Source of the DNA: Bigelowiella natans CCMP2755
Taxonomy: Eukaryota > Protista > Cercozoa
Assembly (NCBI GenBank): GCA_000320545.1
Contig: ADNK01002290.1
Location: 186,001 to 250,000 of the forward strand
DNA length: 64,000 nucleotides
Reading direction: 5' to 3'
Position 1 is the stretch's first letter, and each line of letters starts with the position of its first letter. The notes beneath the pieces were generated by a model. It saw nothing but the letters and a program-made list of their open reading frames with translations, had not been told where the DNA came from and ran no database searches. Both the position numbers and the translations under genes were made by a program. Of the stretch, positions 49,229 through 62,816 are shown in pieces.

Positions 49229-51492
49229 ACCCTCTTCAAACAGGAAAGAGCAACAATTAGATATTTCTAGCTGAATCTCTGGAGCTACCGCGTGAATGAT
49301 GATATATTATACGAATTTTCTTGAACATATTCTCTACTTGAGTTTTGGAAAAAATATTAGCTACTACTTGGCGAGGAATTGCCGAATGGCATCGTCACGG
49401 CGGGTTGCGGGGCTAGAGTAGGTTGTAACTGTGTTATTGTACGAACAAAACAATAAAAACGAACGATATGGAGTGATGAGGTCGAATTTGGATTGTATCA
49501 GGAGATGACGACGGGGAGGAGAGGAAGACGAAGGAGTAGAGAGTAGAGAGGACGCTTACACAGGGAGTACATCTCGACCGGAAAGAAAAACAAAGGAGGC
49601 ATCGTATGAGCAGAAGGATGAGAGATCACCTACTTGCAGCCGGGATCTGATCGACAAAGGAGGCTGAAGGAAGGGCTACTGGTCATTCGCGTACATCGAG
49701 TGTTCCAACGGTCCTTGGTTGGCCGAAGCACTACCTGTAGTTAGGAGATATCTCACGAGTATCTCGGGACGTGAAATAAACAAAAGAAGCGTGATCGAGG
49801 GGAATCAGGGGGACTATTCGTTATTAACCCACATGCAAAGAACTCTTAGGTAATTACGTCAGAACATATCCTCAAATAATCTGATCAATACCGGCATTGC
49901 CGGGCTAATTCTGGTGTGGTGACCCGTATCCTTTGGGGTAAAAAGAGTAAGATACATATCTTTCTACTTGTATGTAATATTATTTCATTAAATGACTATT
50001 TTAGCCATTTTAGTTACTGACGTTGTAATTTTTACAATTAATTTGTTGATTACAAGTTTTTTAATGTATATATTCATATCTAGAATTTTACATCCGAAGG
50101 ATGGAAGCGAGAAAGATTTTCTGTGCACTTTGCACACAAAAATACTCTACATTTTTCTTATTAATGCCGAAACAAGATCGATTTATGGTGTAAACGTCAT
50201 GATCTCGGAGAAGTCCGTGGCCTCGCATCGGATCAAAAATCCTTCAGAATGCAGCTCCTTTGGGGTAGAGATCATTTTAAAATTAAGACAAATAATGAAA
50301 CATTTATCTAAATTATGCACCCAAAAACAGTTATTTATGAAAATACTAGAATTAAATTTGGAATAAAAGTCATTAATTTAATTTTATGGTATATTACTTA
50401 AGTATTTGAATTCTGAATTGAATTTCTTCAATTCCGTGATATTGCTCGGAACGCTTGTACAAGAGATTTAAGAGTAATTTGGACAGAGTATACTCAAATA
50501 TTTTCTATCTTTATTGATATCAGTATGACGACAAAAGATTTTACAACAATATTTGCATGTTTCAGGAAGCATTCTGTCATTTACTGAGGTATAATGATAT
50601 ACATCTGAGGAAATTAATTCAAAAAATATAATACTATTTATATATTTTTGGACAGTAGTATTGCATTTATGATGTTTTTATCACTCTTATGATTTTGTTT
50701 CAATATTTTAAATACTTAAAAAATTATTGACATTTATGAGTCTTACAGGTAACGACCATGCAACTTCAGGCACTTTTCAGAGTCAAATGCTTTTCCGATA
50801 TTCCAATAATTCTGAGATGTCATGTGATTTGATGTAAAAAATAGTACGGAGCTGATAAATATTAAGTCTCTTCCGAATATTACGAGTCATTACGTCTTCT
50901 CTCTCTCTGCTTCAATGTCTGATTTTTTCACTTCCCGCTAGGAGGATTTCAAGTACCAGGATTTATGTACGAATCATTATAAATCTCCAGAATATGTGAT
51001 GCGACAACCTAAATATGTAGTCTGACGTGTTTAAAATAATGGCTTTATGGAGGAAACTATTACAGAGTACGCAATTGGTGGCTGAAAATTGACACCAGCG
51101 AGACCGGACCTCGTCTCTCCTTCCCGACCCTTCTCTCGCTTAACCCCCCCCAATCTAGTTCGACAGATACAACTTCACATTGAGAGTAATTTTTCAAAAG
51201 CAACTTAAGGTACGAATTTAGTCCGGAGAGAAAAGATTGGTCTCGTCTCTCATTTATCTGGCCCACATCTTAGATCTCGCTTGTGGAGGAAAATAGTTCT
51301 GAGGAGTTAGATAGAGAATCGTTCAAGGAACTCGGAACCAAGTTTCAACTATTTTCCTTTAGCCCTACAATAAACTATCCCGGGCTATTCGCGAACTCCG
51401 AGCTTCCCGGAATCACTAATATCCTTTCCGAGTCCTGGAATCTAAAATTCTCATTTTGAATTACGGATCAACCGAAGATTCGTACTTTTGCT

Positions 51493-53051
51493 ATGAGGAA
51501 CGGAAACAGCGGCAGTGGCTTCGATTCGTCATCATCTGGATCTGCAGCTACAACAGCGAGTAATAGTACTATTGATGACACAGATGCTGTCCTCCTCCTA
51601 AAATTGCTCCAAAGCCATGATGGTGGCCAGCAGCAGCAACATCAGCGACAAGAAGGCGAACAAACTGACGATGACCTCACTGATCACGAACCAAATAATG
51701 GGTCGACAAATACCGCTTGGACAAAGAGGAGGAAGACAGAGCCTCAAGTGGGCCAAAAATTGTCTCAATCTTCAACTGTTACCGTGAAAGGAGGAAAGAT
51801 AGACGGTAGCAAGTTAAGCATGAACTATGGTTATGAGGAAGATAAAAAAAAAAAATCAGCCATTAATCCTGAATATCAGAAACGAATGAATATTAAATCT
51901 CCTAAAACGCAAGGCTCCAGGAGAGAAGGTGGGCACAATTTACCGCAGCTCTCCAATCCCCGTGTAGCAGCGAAGAGGAAAAGAAAGGGAACGAGATACA
52001 GATACACGGTTGGAGCCTGTGCAAGGTGCTATAACAAGAAGCTTAAATGCGTGGGAGAGTCGGAGGAGTCACGATATCCATGCCAACGTTGTGTATCGGA
52101 TGGCGTGGCCAGAAATTGCGGTGCACAGGAGGCTGACAGGATATCTCTCAATCGCAACAGGCTGAGTGGTAGGCAACAAGTTCTTTTGAATCCATGCAGA
52201 GGTTTATTTTGTATTTGCATGTAATAACTTAGATATATTCTCGGTACTCGCAAAGTGCAAGAGAGTCCTGGCTCCAACAGGGTAATCCATTGATTTACTT
52301 CAAGTAGAAGTCTTGCTGAGAATATATTTCTTAGGCCGAGTGAAGCGATAGAATTGATCGGGCAAGCAGAGGGCATGTTGCATTCAATAACTCCCTATGC
52401 ATTGTCACCTTTTCCTTCGCCTGAATCCCCTGCCAAGCTGAAGCGTGCACCAAGCTACAAAGGAGCAAAGAAAGAGGAAACAAAGCCTCTGAGAGCCCCC
52501 CGCAACTCCCGGAACCCCATTGAATTCCAACAAGCAGGAGTTCCGGACCTAAAACCTCCAAAGCGCACCGTGAAGAGAAGAAGCTTCGTTAAGAGAGCCC
52601 CGAGAGCCTGCATTAGGTGTCGCAGTCGGAAGGTGCGGTGCAACCAGGATGCAAAAGCCCAGTTCCCCTGCCAGAGATGCATTGCAGATGGTTTTGCAAA
52701 CGAGTGTATGGCTCACGTAAGTTTACCCGAGGCAGCCAAAGTACTGGGAATTGTCGTTAAAGATCAGGAGACGCCCCGAGCACTTGCTGACCATAGGAAC
52801 CGACATCAGGGAATCCAATGTCCGAGGAATAGATTGTGCCTGAGGCCAGCAAAGCACCCCGGCCATTGCAGGTTACACGGCCAACGCCGTTCCCGCAGCA
52901 TCAGCAGCACCCTGAACAACACCCTGGAAAGCCCTTCTTCCACACCGACCCTAAACGAGAGGAACGTAAGAACTACCAATGAGAGTAGAGGCATCACGGC
53001 TGCACCAATTACCCCTCACGAAAGCGAGAATACAAGGGGAGTCGCCATATC

Positions 53052-53090
<39 letters not shown>

Positions 53091-53141
53091 ACAGCAACCG
53101 GGAGGGGGAAGAGAGTCCCCACGAACTACTACTACTCCGAT

Positions 53142-53179
<38 letters not shown>

Positions 53180-53277
53180 CTCCTGTGGCTATGACCCCTC
53201 AGTCTCCTCGCGACCCACCCCATCCAACTGTTATTCAGAGACATTCAGCAGTTCCCATCCCTTATCAGAAAGCATGA
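51493..53277 (+). CDS. Transcription factor with two Zn(II)2Cys6 clusters, a C/H knuckle and poly-Q/poly-A tail
   Basis: Exons 51493-52168, 52233-52281, 52335-53277 splice in frame. Clusters ACARCYNKKLKC..PCQRC..C and ACIRCRSRKVRC..PCQRC..C; extra motif CPRNRLCLRPAKHPGHC. Confidence 0.88.
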
Positions 53278-53786
53278 GGAGGAGGATGATAATTGTATTA
53301 GATAGAGATGAAGGAGAAACAAACACTGCTACACTACCTAAATACATCTTTTAGTCAGGAAGAATTACCTGAGTGTTTCTCCGTTCGAAAACTATAATAG
53401 ACTTAAATTAAAAATGGATTTATTTCTTTCCCCTTACTGATAAATGTTGAAGGAAATGATGACAGCCACAGACACCTTGAATAAACGGTGCTGTATTCTC
53501 TCAGACTATACTTAATTCAAGTGAATTTCCTTTTTCTTATTTTGGTTGGATTCCACCGCTTGATGAAATTCGTTCCCAAAACGGTAATATTTTTAAGTTG
53601 TAGGCATAAATATACTCTACATCTGATCTGGCTATTATAAGTTCGGCGTTTGATCTATATATGCTGCTGGCCTTGCAAAAAAGTAGTTACATATTTCTAA
53701 ATTTAGATTAATTGTTCCGCGAACGTTACCAACAGCACTGAACCCTTAAAATAGATAGTTTATAGACATGTGCATCTTATTAGATT

Positions 53787-53826
<40 letters not shown>

Positions 53827-54834
53827 TGATGTGCCATCTTAACCATCAACGTGTATATACATACAAAAGACACTACAAATTACTGTGTCTATAGCAGATA
53901 ATGGTTTGCCTGCTGATGATGATATAAATTCTAAGTCATCGCATAATAAACCTGGCCAGCTGGATTATTAGCTTGTTGCATACACATGCATTTATATCGA
54001 AAGATGTGTCCCTAACGTACGCACCTGCGCATGATCTAGTGATAGTGAGACGGGTGTAATGAAGCAATTCCTTTCTGTCAATTGTCATCTTGATGTAGCT
54101 GTTGATTGTGCACGTGTGGTATGCTAGTATGCATCTATTGAGCTCGGTTGACTGCAATGTATTTGACGCAGCAGCATCGTGCTCTGCACTACGCATGCTA
54201 GCTAGCTAGCATGTGTACGTCGCGCCTAACTATATATATAACAACAACTAGATAGTAGCCGTACGCTACGCAGTCTCAGATAGAGTGTGCAGCACAAACC
54301 GCATGCACGTATGTCCATAGCTAGACATTGCATCGAACATAGCAAAATGGCATGCACATAGCAATTTGTTGGTTGTGGCCACAATGACGCTACTCGCTCT
54401 AGTACTCTAGTACTGCTAGACTGCCCGATGACACATTCTAGCATTGCATGTGCAGGCACACAGGCGGTCGTGCTATCTACCGTACCGCGCGCTGAAGTGT
54501 GCTAAAATTTGCGTGCGTAATGACTGCATGATCTAGTGATCATGTTGATGCAACTCTCAACTCAATGAGCTAGTAAGGTTGATTATGAAAAGAAGCTACT
54601 ACAACTTAACTAGCTTAATCGCATCGCTGTGCAATTTTGTAATTTGTGCCTGCTGTTGGGTTCGGCTGCAGAGCATGTGCATCCAGTCCTGCAGCTAGTA
54701 GGAACTTCTTGTCCCATTTCCATTGTCTACGTATTGAGCTGTAACAGCACAAGGTCATAGGCATTTTCTTTGTCATGTGCAATATCTGACGACATTTACT
54801 CATTCAGGGTTGCTAACGTGTGGCAGTACCAACA

Positions 54835-57206
54835 TTAGCATGTTGTACGCCATAAATGAGGGAATGATGGCACATACATTTTTGTTACTTCCTTCCTATA
54901 CTCTCCTCTTCTGACCTTTCTTTCCCGCATGCCTCTTTTCGAGTGTCGTGGATATGCACTACAGTTTGTGAGGATATGATTTGAAACAGATCCGATTTGA
55001 TCGCATCATCTACAAATATTATGAATACACACCAGCCTTGGCAGCACGTGTTACATTGGAAGTTCTTGCATTGTCTTGCAGCTAGATTTTTGCATGACGC
55101 ACATACCCTCACGGGTTCACTGGCCTGTGTATATGTGAGACAAACCAATCGTGCTGGCACTGCAACGAAAGCAAGGGCGAGGAGCAGCGGCATCACATGA
55201 ATAATACGTGGCACTTGTGCAAACTTATCAGCAAGGATAGGCACTTATGCAGCATGTGTATTCCTTCCAAGAGGCCTTGAAAGCAGAGATTATTTGGCTT
55301 CCAGTTTCATCGAAATTACAGCTCATAACTCATAAACTCACAACACGCAGCATTTACGTACCTCTCTTTCATAGACGAGCTCGCTATCGTACACCTGACG
55401 GCTCTAAGCATGTTAAGACACGGAGGAGGAGGAGGAGGGTCGTTATAGGTACACAGGCTTTGTATAGTGCACACTACATGCTCAAATCTATCTTCTTCTC
55501 CTCCCCCTTTTATCTTATTCACCTCACCTGGCTACTGTTAAGCACTGTGTAGGCTTCGTTGATGGCCTTCATCCTGTTCAGTAGTTATCATCCTATCAGG
55601 CGGCAATGCTCTGCCTCCTGAATTACATCGCATCACCTGTCACTAGCATTCTCTTTGCCCTGATATTACCATCATATACACTCTTTATGGCAGGCAGGAG
55701 GAGGGGCCAACAACAGTAACCAATGATGGCACGTTCGTCATGTTTTGGTCATTAATAGTAAGATATTTTATTTTTACATCCTCATCATCTCCCTCCCCGA
55801 TCATCATCGTCGCCACTACGATGACAATCATTGTCAAAATCATATCCCATAGAAAATAACAGAGTGTAAGCTCTAGCAATTTGTACCTCCTCTGCTGTCA
55901 AGATTACCACTCACTCTAGTGCTCACCGCATCTCCTACTACTGCTACTGCTACTACTCCTATCCCTAAAACGAATGATAAGAAGAACTCAAAATTCTTTT
56001 ACTTCAGTGGTCCTTTGCCTATCCGGATGCCACTCCAACGCCCGCCGTTTGTACGACTCTCTTATCTGTTATTTAGCAGCGTGAAACCACACACAACGCG
56101 CTTGAGAATGTGATGGTGGAAGTAAATAACAGCAATTTTCCGACTCACCATATGGCCATGAGGTGGTACTGATGTTTCAGTTTTTATGTGCTGCTCCCTT
56201 CCTTATCTACCCTCTCTCTAACAACCAAAGCACCATCAAAATCAAAACCTCGTAGAAGGATGCGGACTCAGCGACTCCAAGAACCTAACCAGAAAGCAAT
56301 TCAAGAGTATCATTATCGCTGCTGCTGATTGTAGCAGCACTGGATTTATGGGAATTGCCATCAGAGTCAGAGATACATCCAATAATAAGTACCATACACG
56401 AAGTACGTACCTCATAGTGCGTTTGATTCATGCCCCTCTTCAACTCCTCTGCACTGCGCTTCAGGCTGAAGGACACGCAGCAACAGCGCGACGGTAGCAG
56501 AGTTTGAGACAGAAGAAAAAGAAATATAGAGAAGGCAATGGCAGGTAGGAGAGCGAAGGCATCATGATGATAGTAGGATGTCATTTGACTTTTGAGCGAG
56601 TAATGATGACAACTACGATATCAGTAGCCTGGCTTCCTTATGAAAACACATGGTGACCTTGGGTGTAAAGGCGTACAACGTAAAGCGCGCCTAAGGTCGA
56701 TCAGCGCCTTTTGGAACTCTGGTAATATACAACACATTTTGCAAAAGAGCTATGTTGAGTACTAAGGGGGTGGATGATAATGATAATAATCAATGGAGTA
56801 TAACCAGTATCGAGTGTAGTAGCAGCACCACCACCGCCACCAATCTCATTATCATCATCATCATCATCATCGTCATCATCATCATACGAAAACACTCCAC
56901 CACCTCCATGCTTAACGTAACACAGGTGTCTCCGATAGAGAGCCTAACGACACAGCAATACAGATTATACTATCAAAGAGCAGCATAAGGTTTAAACGGC
57001 CAGTCTATGGAACAAGTACCACTATAGCAGGCTAATATCGACGTTGCGGCAAAGGGATATTGGGTACCTTAACGTTATCACTATCTTCTTGAATTATCGT
57101 GCTACACTCCCTACCAAAACCAGAGAATAATCAAGAATGGCTGATATTGGCTACAGGAGGGCAACGACGACGAACTCCCACCATCACAAAACAGCAACAA
57201 CAACGA

Positions 57207-57241
<35 letters not shown>

Positions 57242-58184
57242 GTAACATACATCCACCACCACAACCACAACCACCACCATCACAACCGAATACATCCGTA
57301 GAAGTCTCCGTTCTTCAATAAGGCGGCACTGAGATTGCCTCGAATCTACGCGAATAGAGTATTATCATGATAGCAACGCTAGTGATCATACAATTATCAC
57401 ACGCATCCTCCTTCTTTCTTGCACAGGAACCATGTATATGCGGAACCTTTCGAGCTAAATTCGGATGCAGTATATCAGCTCCTAGCAGCCTCTTTGATCT
57501 AACGATGGCACAACAGACGAACAATTAAACATATGCTGAGAGCAATACAAACGATAAGAGGAGGAGGAGGAGGAGTGGAGCATGGGGGGGGGGGAGCAGG
57601 TGTGTGCGTATGTTCTATACTTATGAGCAGTACATTCTAATCGCCATTGTGTAGTCCTTAGAGTTGAAACTTCTGAACATCTTCCTCTGACGATATTTAT
57701 CACAAGCAGCATTAACATTGCCATGGTGGTGGTGATGGTGTGATGACATCTCCCATTGGCAGCAGCTGCACTCCCCCTTTGAGAATTCAATGATGATGAC
57801 GAAGTAAGCAGTGCCAATAATGTATAAACTAGATTAACGAGGTATAAGACTAGCACTCACCTTTTCCTCAAGAATGTGCTCTACGAGATCTCGGAACACC
57901 GAACTTGCATGCCTTCTTTCATCGGTAAGCGCACCTTAAGGGAGGAGGGTGGGGTGGAGAGGCCGACAAGCCGACAAGGAGTTCAGATTGAGGGGGGGGT
58001 TTCCGAAAGTATCCGTGTGATGCGGGGAGGGGGAGGAGGAGGAGGAGGAGGAGGAGATTGTAGTACGTAGCAAGCTGATAGAAGTCCTTAGATCTTCATT
58101 CGCATAGTAATAGTAAACGCCTTCCAAGTAGAGATCATGGTCCTTATAGCAGCACCAACGAAGTATAAATGATAGCGAGTATTG

Positions 58185-58219
<35 letters not shown>

Positions 58220-58577
58220 TGCTCAATGTCTGATGTACACATGATTCATCAAGAGCAATAGGGTACACTACAATGAGATCTTGGTCGTTGATATTGTCTT
58301 CCCACAGTTCTTTGCACTCCTCATACTTTCCAACGGCAAGGAGAAGCCAAACTACTTGCCTGCTAACGGCGACGATTCAGACGATGGGGATAAGAACAAA
58401 AGAATAGATATAGGCACTGCTTTGTACTACTGGTTTGCGCTTACCTAAATTTAATGCTCCGCTCACTAGTGTGGACGCATTTCTTTATTTCTTCCATGAA
58501 AAAGTCTGCTGTACTGGCCAAGTACAAACGTGCTTCCAACAAATGACGGCAATGTCGACCTTCCTCGCTACTACTAC

Positions 58578-58614
<37 letters not shown>

Positions 58615-60377
58615 GGTGTGGATTCCTTCATGAAAAAGCTCCAACATCCTTCGAGGAAACTCCGACCGAATTATCTCCCAAACCTAAGAAGAAGACCAGC
58701 GAAGTTAAGGCGAACATAGTTTTACTATCGGACGATCAGACAGTCTTCTCTTCCTCTCGTCTTTTCGCTTGATTCATACCAGAGTGTCCCCATGTTCCTT
58801 AACCACGTTCAGAATGGAAGATGTCTAAGATAGCAGCAGCAAGAGCGATGTGATGCAATACACCAGGACGGACGATGGCATATGAACTACGGCAATACTT
58901 GCAAGGAAAGGAAAGCGAAAGAAAGAACATGGCAACTTTGAGTGGAAGACTATCAGCCACTTCTTCATCTCTGCTGCTGATTATTGTTGATATTGTCTTA
59001 GAGAATGCGGCGGTCCCATCAGTGAAACGGGCTGCCCCCAACAAGCATCATACAAGGCACCAATTCTCCCTTTAAGGTACTACAACGACTACAACAACAA
59101 CAACAACAACAACTACTACTACTACTATTACTACTACTACTACTACTACTACTACTAGTACCAGGATTGAGTTGGAAGATAGCCGAGGGACCCTAGCATC
59201 ACGCTCACAGAATGCTTCCAACAAAGAAATCTCTTTATTGAATTTATCGTAATCAAAACGGCTGAAGGAACTGCTGCCGCTGCTTCCTGATTTTCTCTCA
59301 GAGTTCTTCACTGCGCTTCCTTCACTTTGCTCTTCTTTCTTTTCCTCGCTCTTCATCATCTCTATCATCTCTTTCGAAAGCAGTTTCTGTGTTTCCTTTC
59401 GCAGCTCAGCTCGTAATCGATGCATATCACGGCCACCATTGCCACCACCCCAACTGCTTCTACCCACTTCTCTTCCTCCGACTCCCCTCACCATCGATTC
59501 CTGATAATAGCATCGCTAATCAGTATACAGTGATAATGATTCTTGTAACTTTGCCATATCAGCATGATTACTATCACCATCATCATCATCACCACAATCC
59601 TCATTATAACTGGCTGAGAGGAATTTAAGTCAATCTTTTCGGAGATACGACTCTGACAGCCCTCCCCCCCCCCTCCCTTTCCTACTTCAACTTCACGAAA
59701 TCACCGGTTACAAAGAGGACAAGGGGTTCTAAGGCACACACCCTATTGCTGCTGTTGTCGGCCTTCTTTGGAGCTGTTAACTCCTGATCACGCAATGACC
59801 CCGTAGCCGCAGCAGCCTCCGTGCTATTCAGCTTCCGACTATTTGCTTTGTATTTGCTGCAGATCACAGCCTCCTCCTCCTCCTCCTCCTCCTCCTCCTC
59901 CTCCTCCTTTTCCTTTTCCTCTTCATTTTCAATTTTTGTATCTTTCCCTTGTTCCTCACGACGGGAGGTGCTCAAGGACGACAGATTGCTTTCATCTTGG
60001 ATCGAGGAAGAAAGACGTAGGTAGGTATTAATACACAAGGATCCCCGCGAGGGAGTTGACAGTGAAAACACGTGATGAAAAGTACGTTTAGTTTCATTGG
60101 CTATTATAGGCTAGAACAAGCAGGTAGATGGGAATAAATGCTGTTGCAGTAGCTGCAAGGAGCTCGCTAGGATTCTCTACCTTTTTTAGTCCTTTCCCAC
60201 TCCTCCTCCTCCTCCTCCTCTTCCTCCCCCCCCCCCTCCTCCTCATCGTCTTCGTCGTCTTCCTCCTCTTCCTGTTGCTGCTTCTGCAAGATAGCCTTCA
60301 ACTCATCCTCAAATTTTGAGAGAGTTTCTTTGCCAAAATCTAACCCTTATACACATCATCTTAGTTATTGTGGAATT

Positions 60378-60419
<42 letters not shown>

Positions 60420-62297
60420 GCCATTTGCATGGAGCTGCGGCATTATGGTCTCAATTCTTAAATAGGGAACCCCAAACAATAATACCGCGATCATAAGGCC
60501 AGCCTTACCTGTCATCCTCATTGTTTTCTTCTCTTTCTTTTCTGCTGCTTTCGACTGAGCAATCGTATTGAGATCGTTTGTAGCGAGTTTCTCTCCCCCT
60601 TCTACCTGATCTTCTCCAGAGTACGCAAAATCTGCAGTAGTTTCATTGTTGTCTAAACCTGAAGAGAACGAAACTCCTTTTAATTTGGGAAACAGAGTTC
60701 TTTCTATCATCAACCAAAGTGCGGTTACAGAAAGGAAACAATTCATTAACTGCGTGGAGGCCTCATGCAAGTCGACACTGTGGGATTATTTCTATTGGAG
60801 ACATGATCGTTGCGACAGTCCTCGTTCCAATCCTTGTGCTTCTTTTTGATAATAATTGGTTCGGGTGAGAATAAGCTATGTGTGTCGTCATCACTGTGTT
60901 TCTCCTGATCTCGGGAGCGTGGTTGGACATTCGATCCGCTGCAAGTCTTACGCCTCGTTGATACAATGCTTTCGTTTTCAATTACGATTCCTTCGGCAAA
61001 AAAGTAGCCGTTGTCGTGTCGTTCGAGGCCTTGACTCACCACCCGCTCATGATGTGCAGATCCATCTGACATCAAGTCGCCGTTATCACCAAATTCATTG
61101 CCATCGTAGTCCTCGCCGTAATCGCTATCTTCATCAGATTCCAGAAAAAGACGCCCTGTTAAAAAGAAGAATGTTGGCCATCACAGCACTCGTAACACTC
61201 GCAGGATTGTTGTTACCACCGAGCCCCCCGTCTACCCGTGCTGCTACTTGCTCCTTTGAGTCGATGGCACCGTTGACAAACGAAGATGGCAAACAAGTAA
61301 AAGGAGAAGAGGATGGTGATGAAATAGTTGAAGGATGCACTTCGGTAGACCGTACATGGCCAAAACCAAAGCCCAAATATCGTTCCCAGCACAGCTGTAC
61401 AACACCAACAATGGGTCTTTGAGACTAAGCATGTGGCGAACGGCAATTTTGAAGAACAAACAGAATTTTGAGGTCTTCATTTACGCTGTAAATCTCACTA
61501 CCTGGCAGTAGTACTTTTTGTCCCGCTCGTCCATCACCGTGATGAGGTTCTCCTGATGATGCGATTGTCACCGCTCTTGGCCATCATCATTCTGTTCAAG
61601 AACACAAATAGGTACCGAAGAGCATCCTTCGCACCTTGTCCTTCCCAGTGATGCACGATCGGAGTACACGAACGGAGAGCGCGCTTCCACTCGTCTACGG
61701 CTCATCATCCCCTTTGGTCTCTCCTTCGGCCTGTAGTGAGAGATGTGACATCGTGTGCACCAATGTGGTTCAGAATGAGACTTTTGCTTCCGATTCTAAA
61801 TGTGCGACAACCTTAAGCACAACCATTTTGATACTTAGAAATAATCCCTTGTCGCAGGCTAGTTTTGTTCTGCAAAATCGTTTTGCGATTCAAGTGAGCA
61901 ATTTATCCTTGTCGTAAGAAGGTTTTGTAGACTAATTTAATCCGTTACTATACGGTAAATCCTGTCTTTTAAATTAATTTTAGGGAGGATTCAGGTTGTC
62001 GCACCATCTATTTCCCCCTGTGCCGCAAATGTGATCATTCGGTATCGGCTCGGGCGAGAAGGAAACGTTCATCGTCGACCTGGAAGAATTGGATGCTGTA
62101 GTTGATGGGAAGATACATTCCTTGTTTATTATACAAGGAGGTTAGAACTCGTACAGCAATTTAAATTACACAATATTCGTGGTCTACATTCGGCGGTCTG
62201 CGGATCGTCGGACTTGACCCGCCTGGTTCAATGTTCGCCAGCCTTGCGGCTCGTCGAACTTGAGTTCTGTTTTGATGTTTTGTTTTTTCCGTAGCAT
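54835..62297 (-). CDS. TPR + J-domain (DnaJ, DNAJC7/TPR-type) co-chaperone with long acidic N-terminus and C-terminal Cys-rich zinc finger
   Basis: Small exons give THYE-VLGVAESASFYE-IRESYKRRALEWHPDR (HPD at 56021-56029)...MKAINEAYTVLN-SRQVYD. TPR-like pieces NLSAALLKNGDFYGCIRECS, LYRRHLCY, EFQKALIDLRRALRCTP. C-terminal CASCKNLAARQCKNFQCNTCC. Both ends are uncertain and 59000-62297 may be a separate gene. Confidence 0.75.
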
Positions 62298-62439
62298 GAT
62301 TTTTGTCGCAATTTGTGCAATTCTGCCACTATAGACGCGTCGCAGCTCTAGCTAGAGCTTCTCGTTATTGCACATCTAGACATGTGCGACACGCATCCAC
62401 ATCGCCCAGCAAGATCATGTGCGTGTGCAATCACATTGT

Positions 62440-62765
62440 TGTTGCGCGTAAGGTGTTCACAGGCCGAGGCGCTACGTGCACAAGTAGGCAGGGGGGGGGA
62501 AAGGCACGTTTGCTTCCTTTTGAAGAGTTGTGTTTATTTTTATTAAAGATTATATTTTTATTAAATCGTGCACTGCGTAATCATTCGCGAAGCTTTCGCG
62601 AATGCCGCCGCACGTGGGGCAGCACACTTCCGGTGTGCTGCCATGAGTCCCGCCGGAACCCACGTGCCTATGCTGTATTAATATCTACGTTATCTATATT
62701 CTATATCCGCGACAACCCCTTTGTTGTCGCACGTGACTTGTGCCCGCGTAGTGGTACGCGCTACA
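62440..62765 (-). repeat. 3' LTR (326 bp)
   Basis: On minus it begins TGTAGCGCGTA immediately after the PPT and ends TACGCGCAACA (10/11-bp inverted termini, TG...CA). Several AATAAA at ~62530-62572. Confidence 0.8.
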
Positions 62766-62816
62766 CCTCCCCCAAGTCACGTTGCTCCTTCCTTCCTTCC
62801 TTATTCCCTTAGACCT

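Noticed and set aside
58799-59044. FFLSLSFPCKYCRSSY resembling an Erv/ALR sulfhydryl-oxidase CxxC
   Set aside because: No flanking W..H or W....HN.VN motifs. It lies within the TPR-DnaJ gene where another frame with splice sites is equally plausible.
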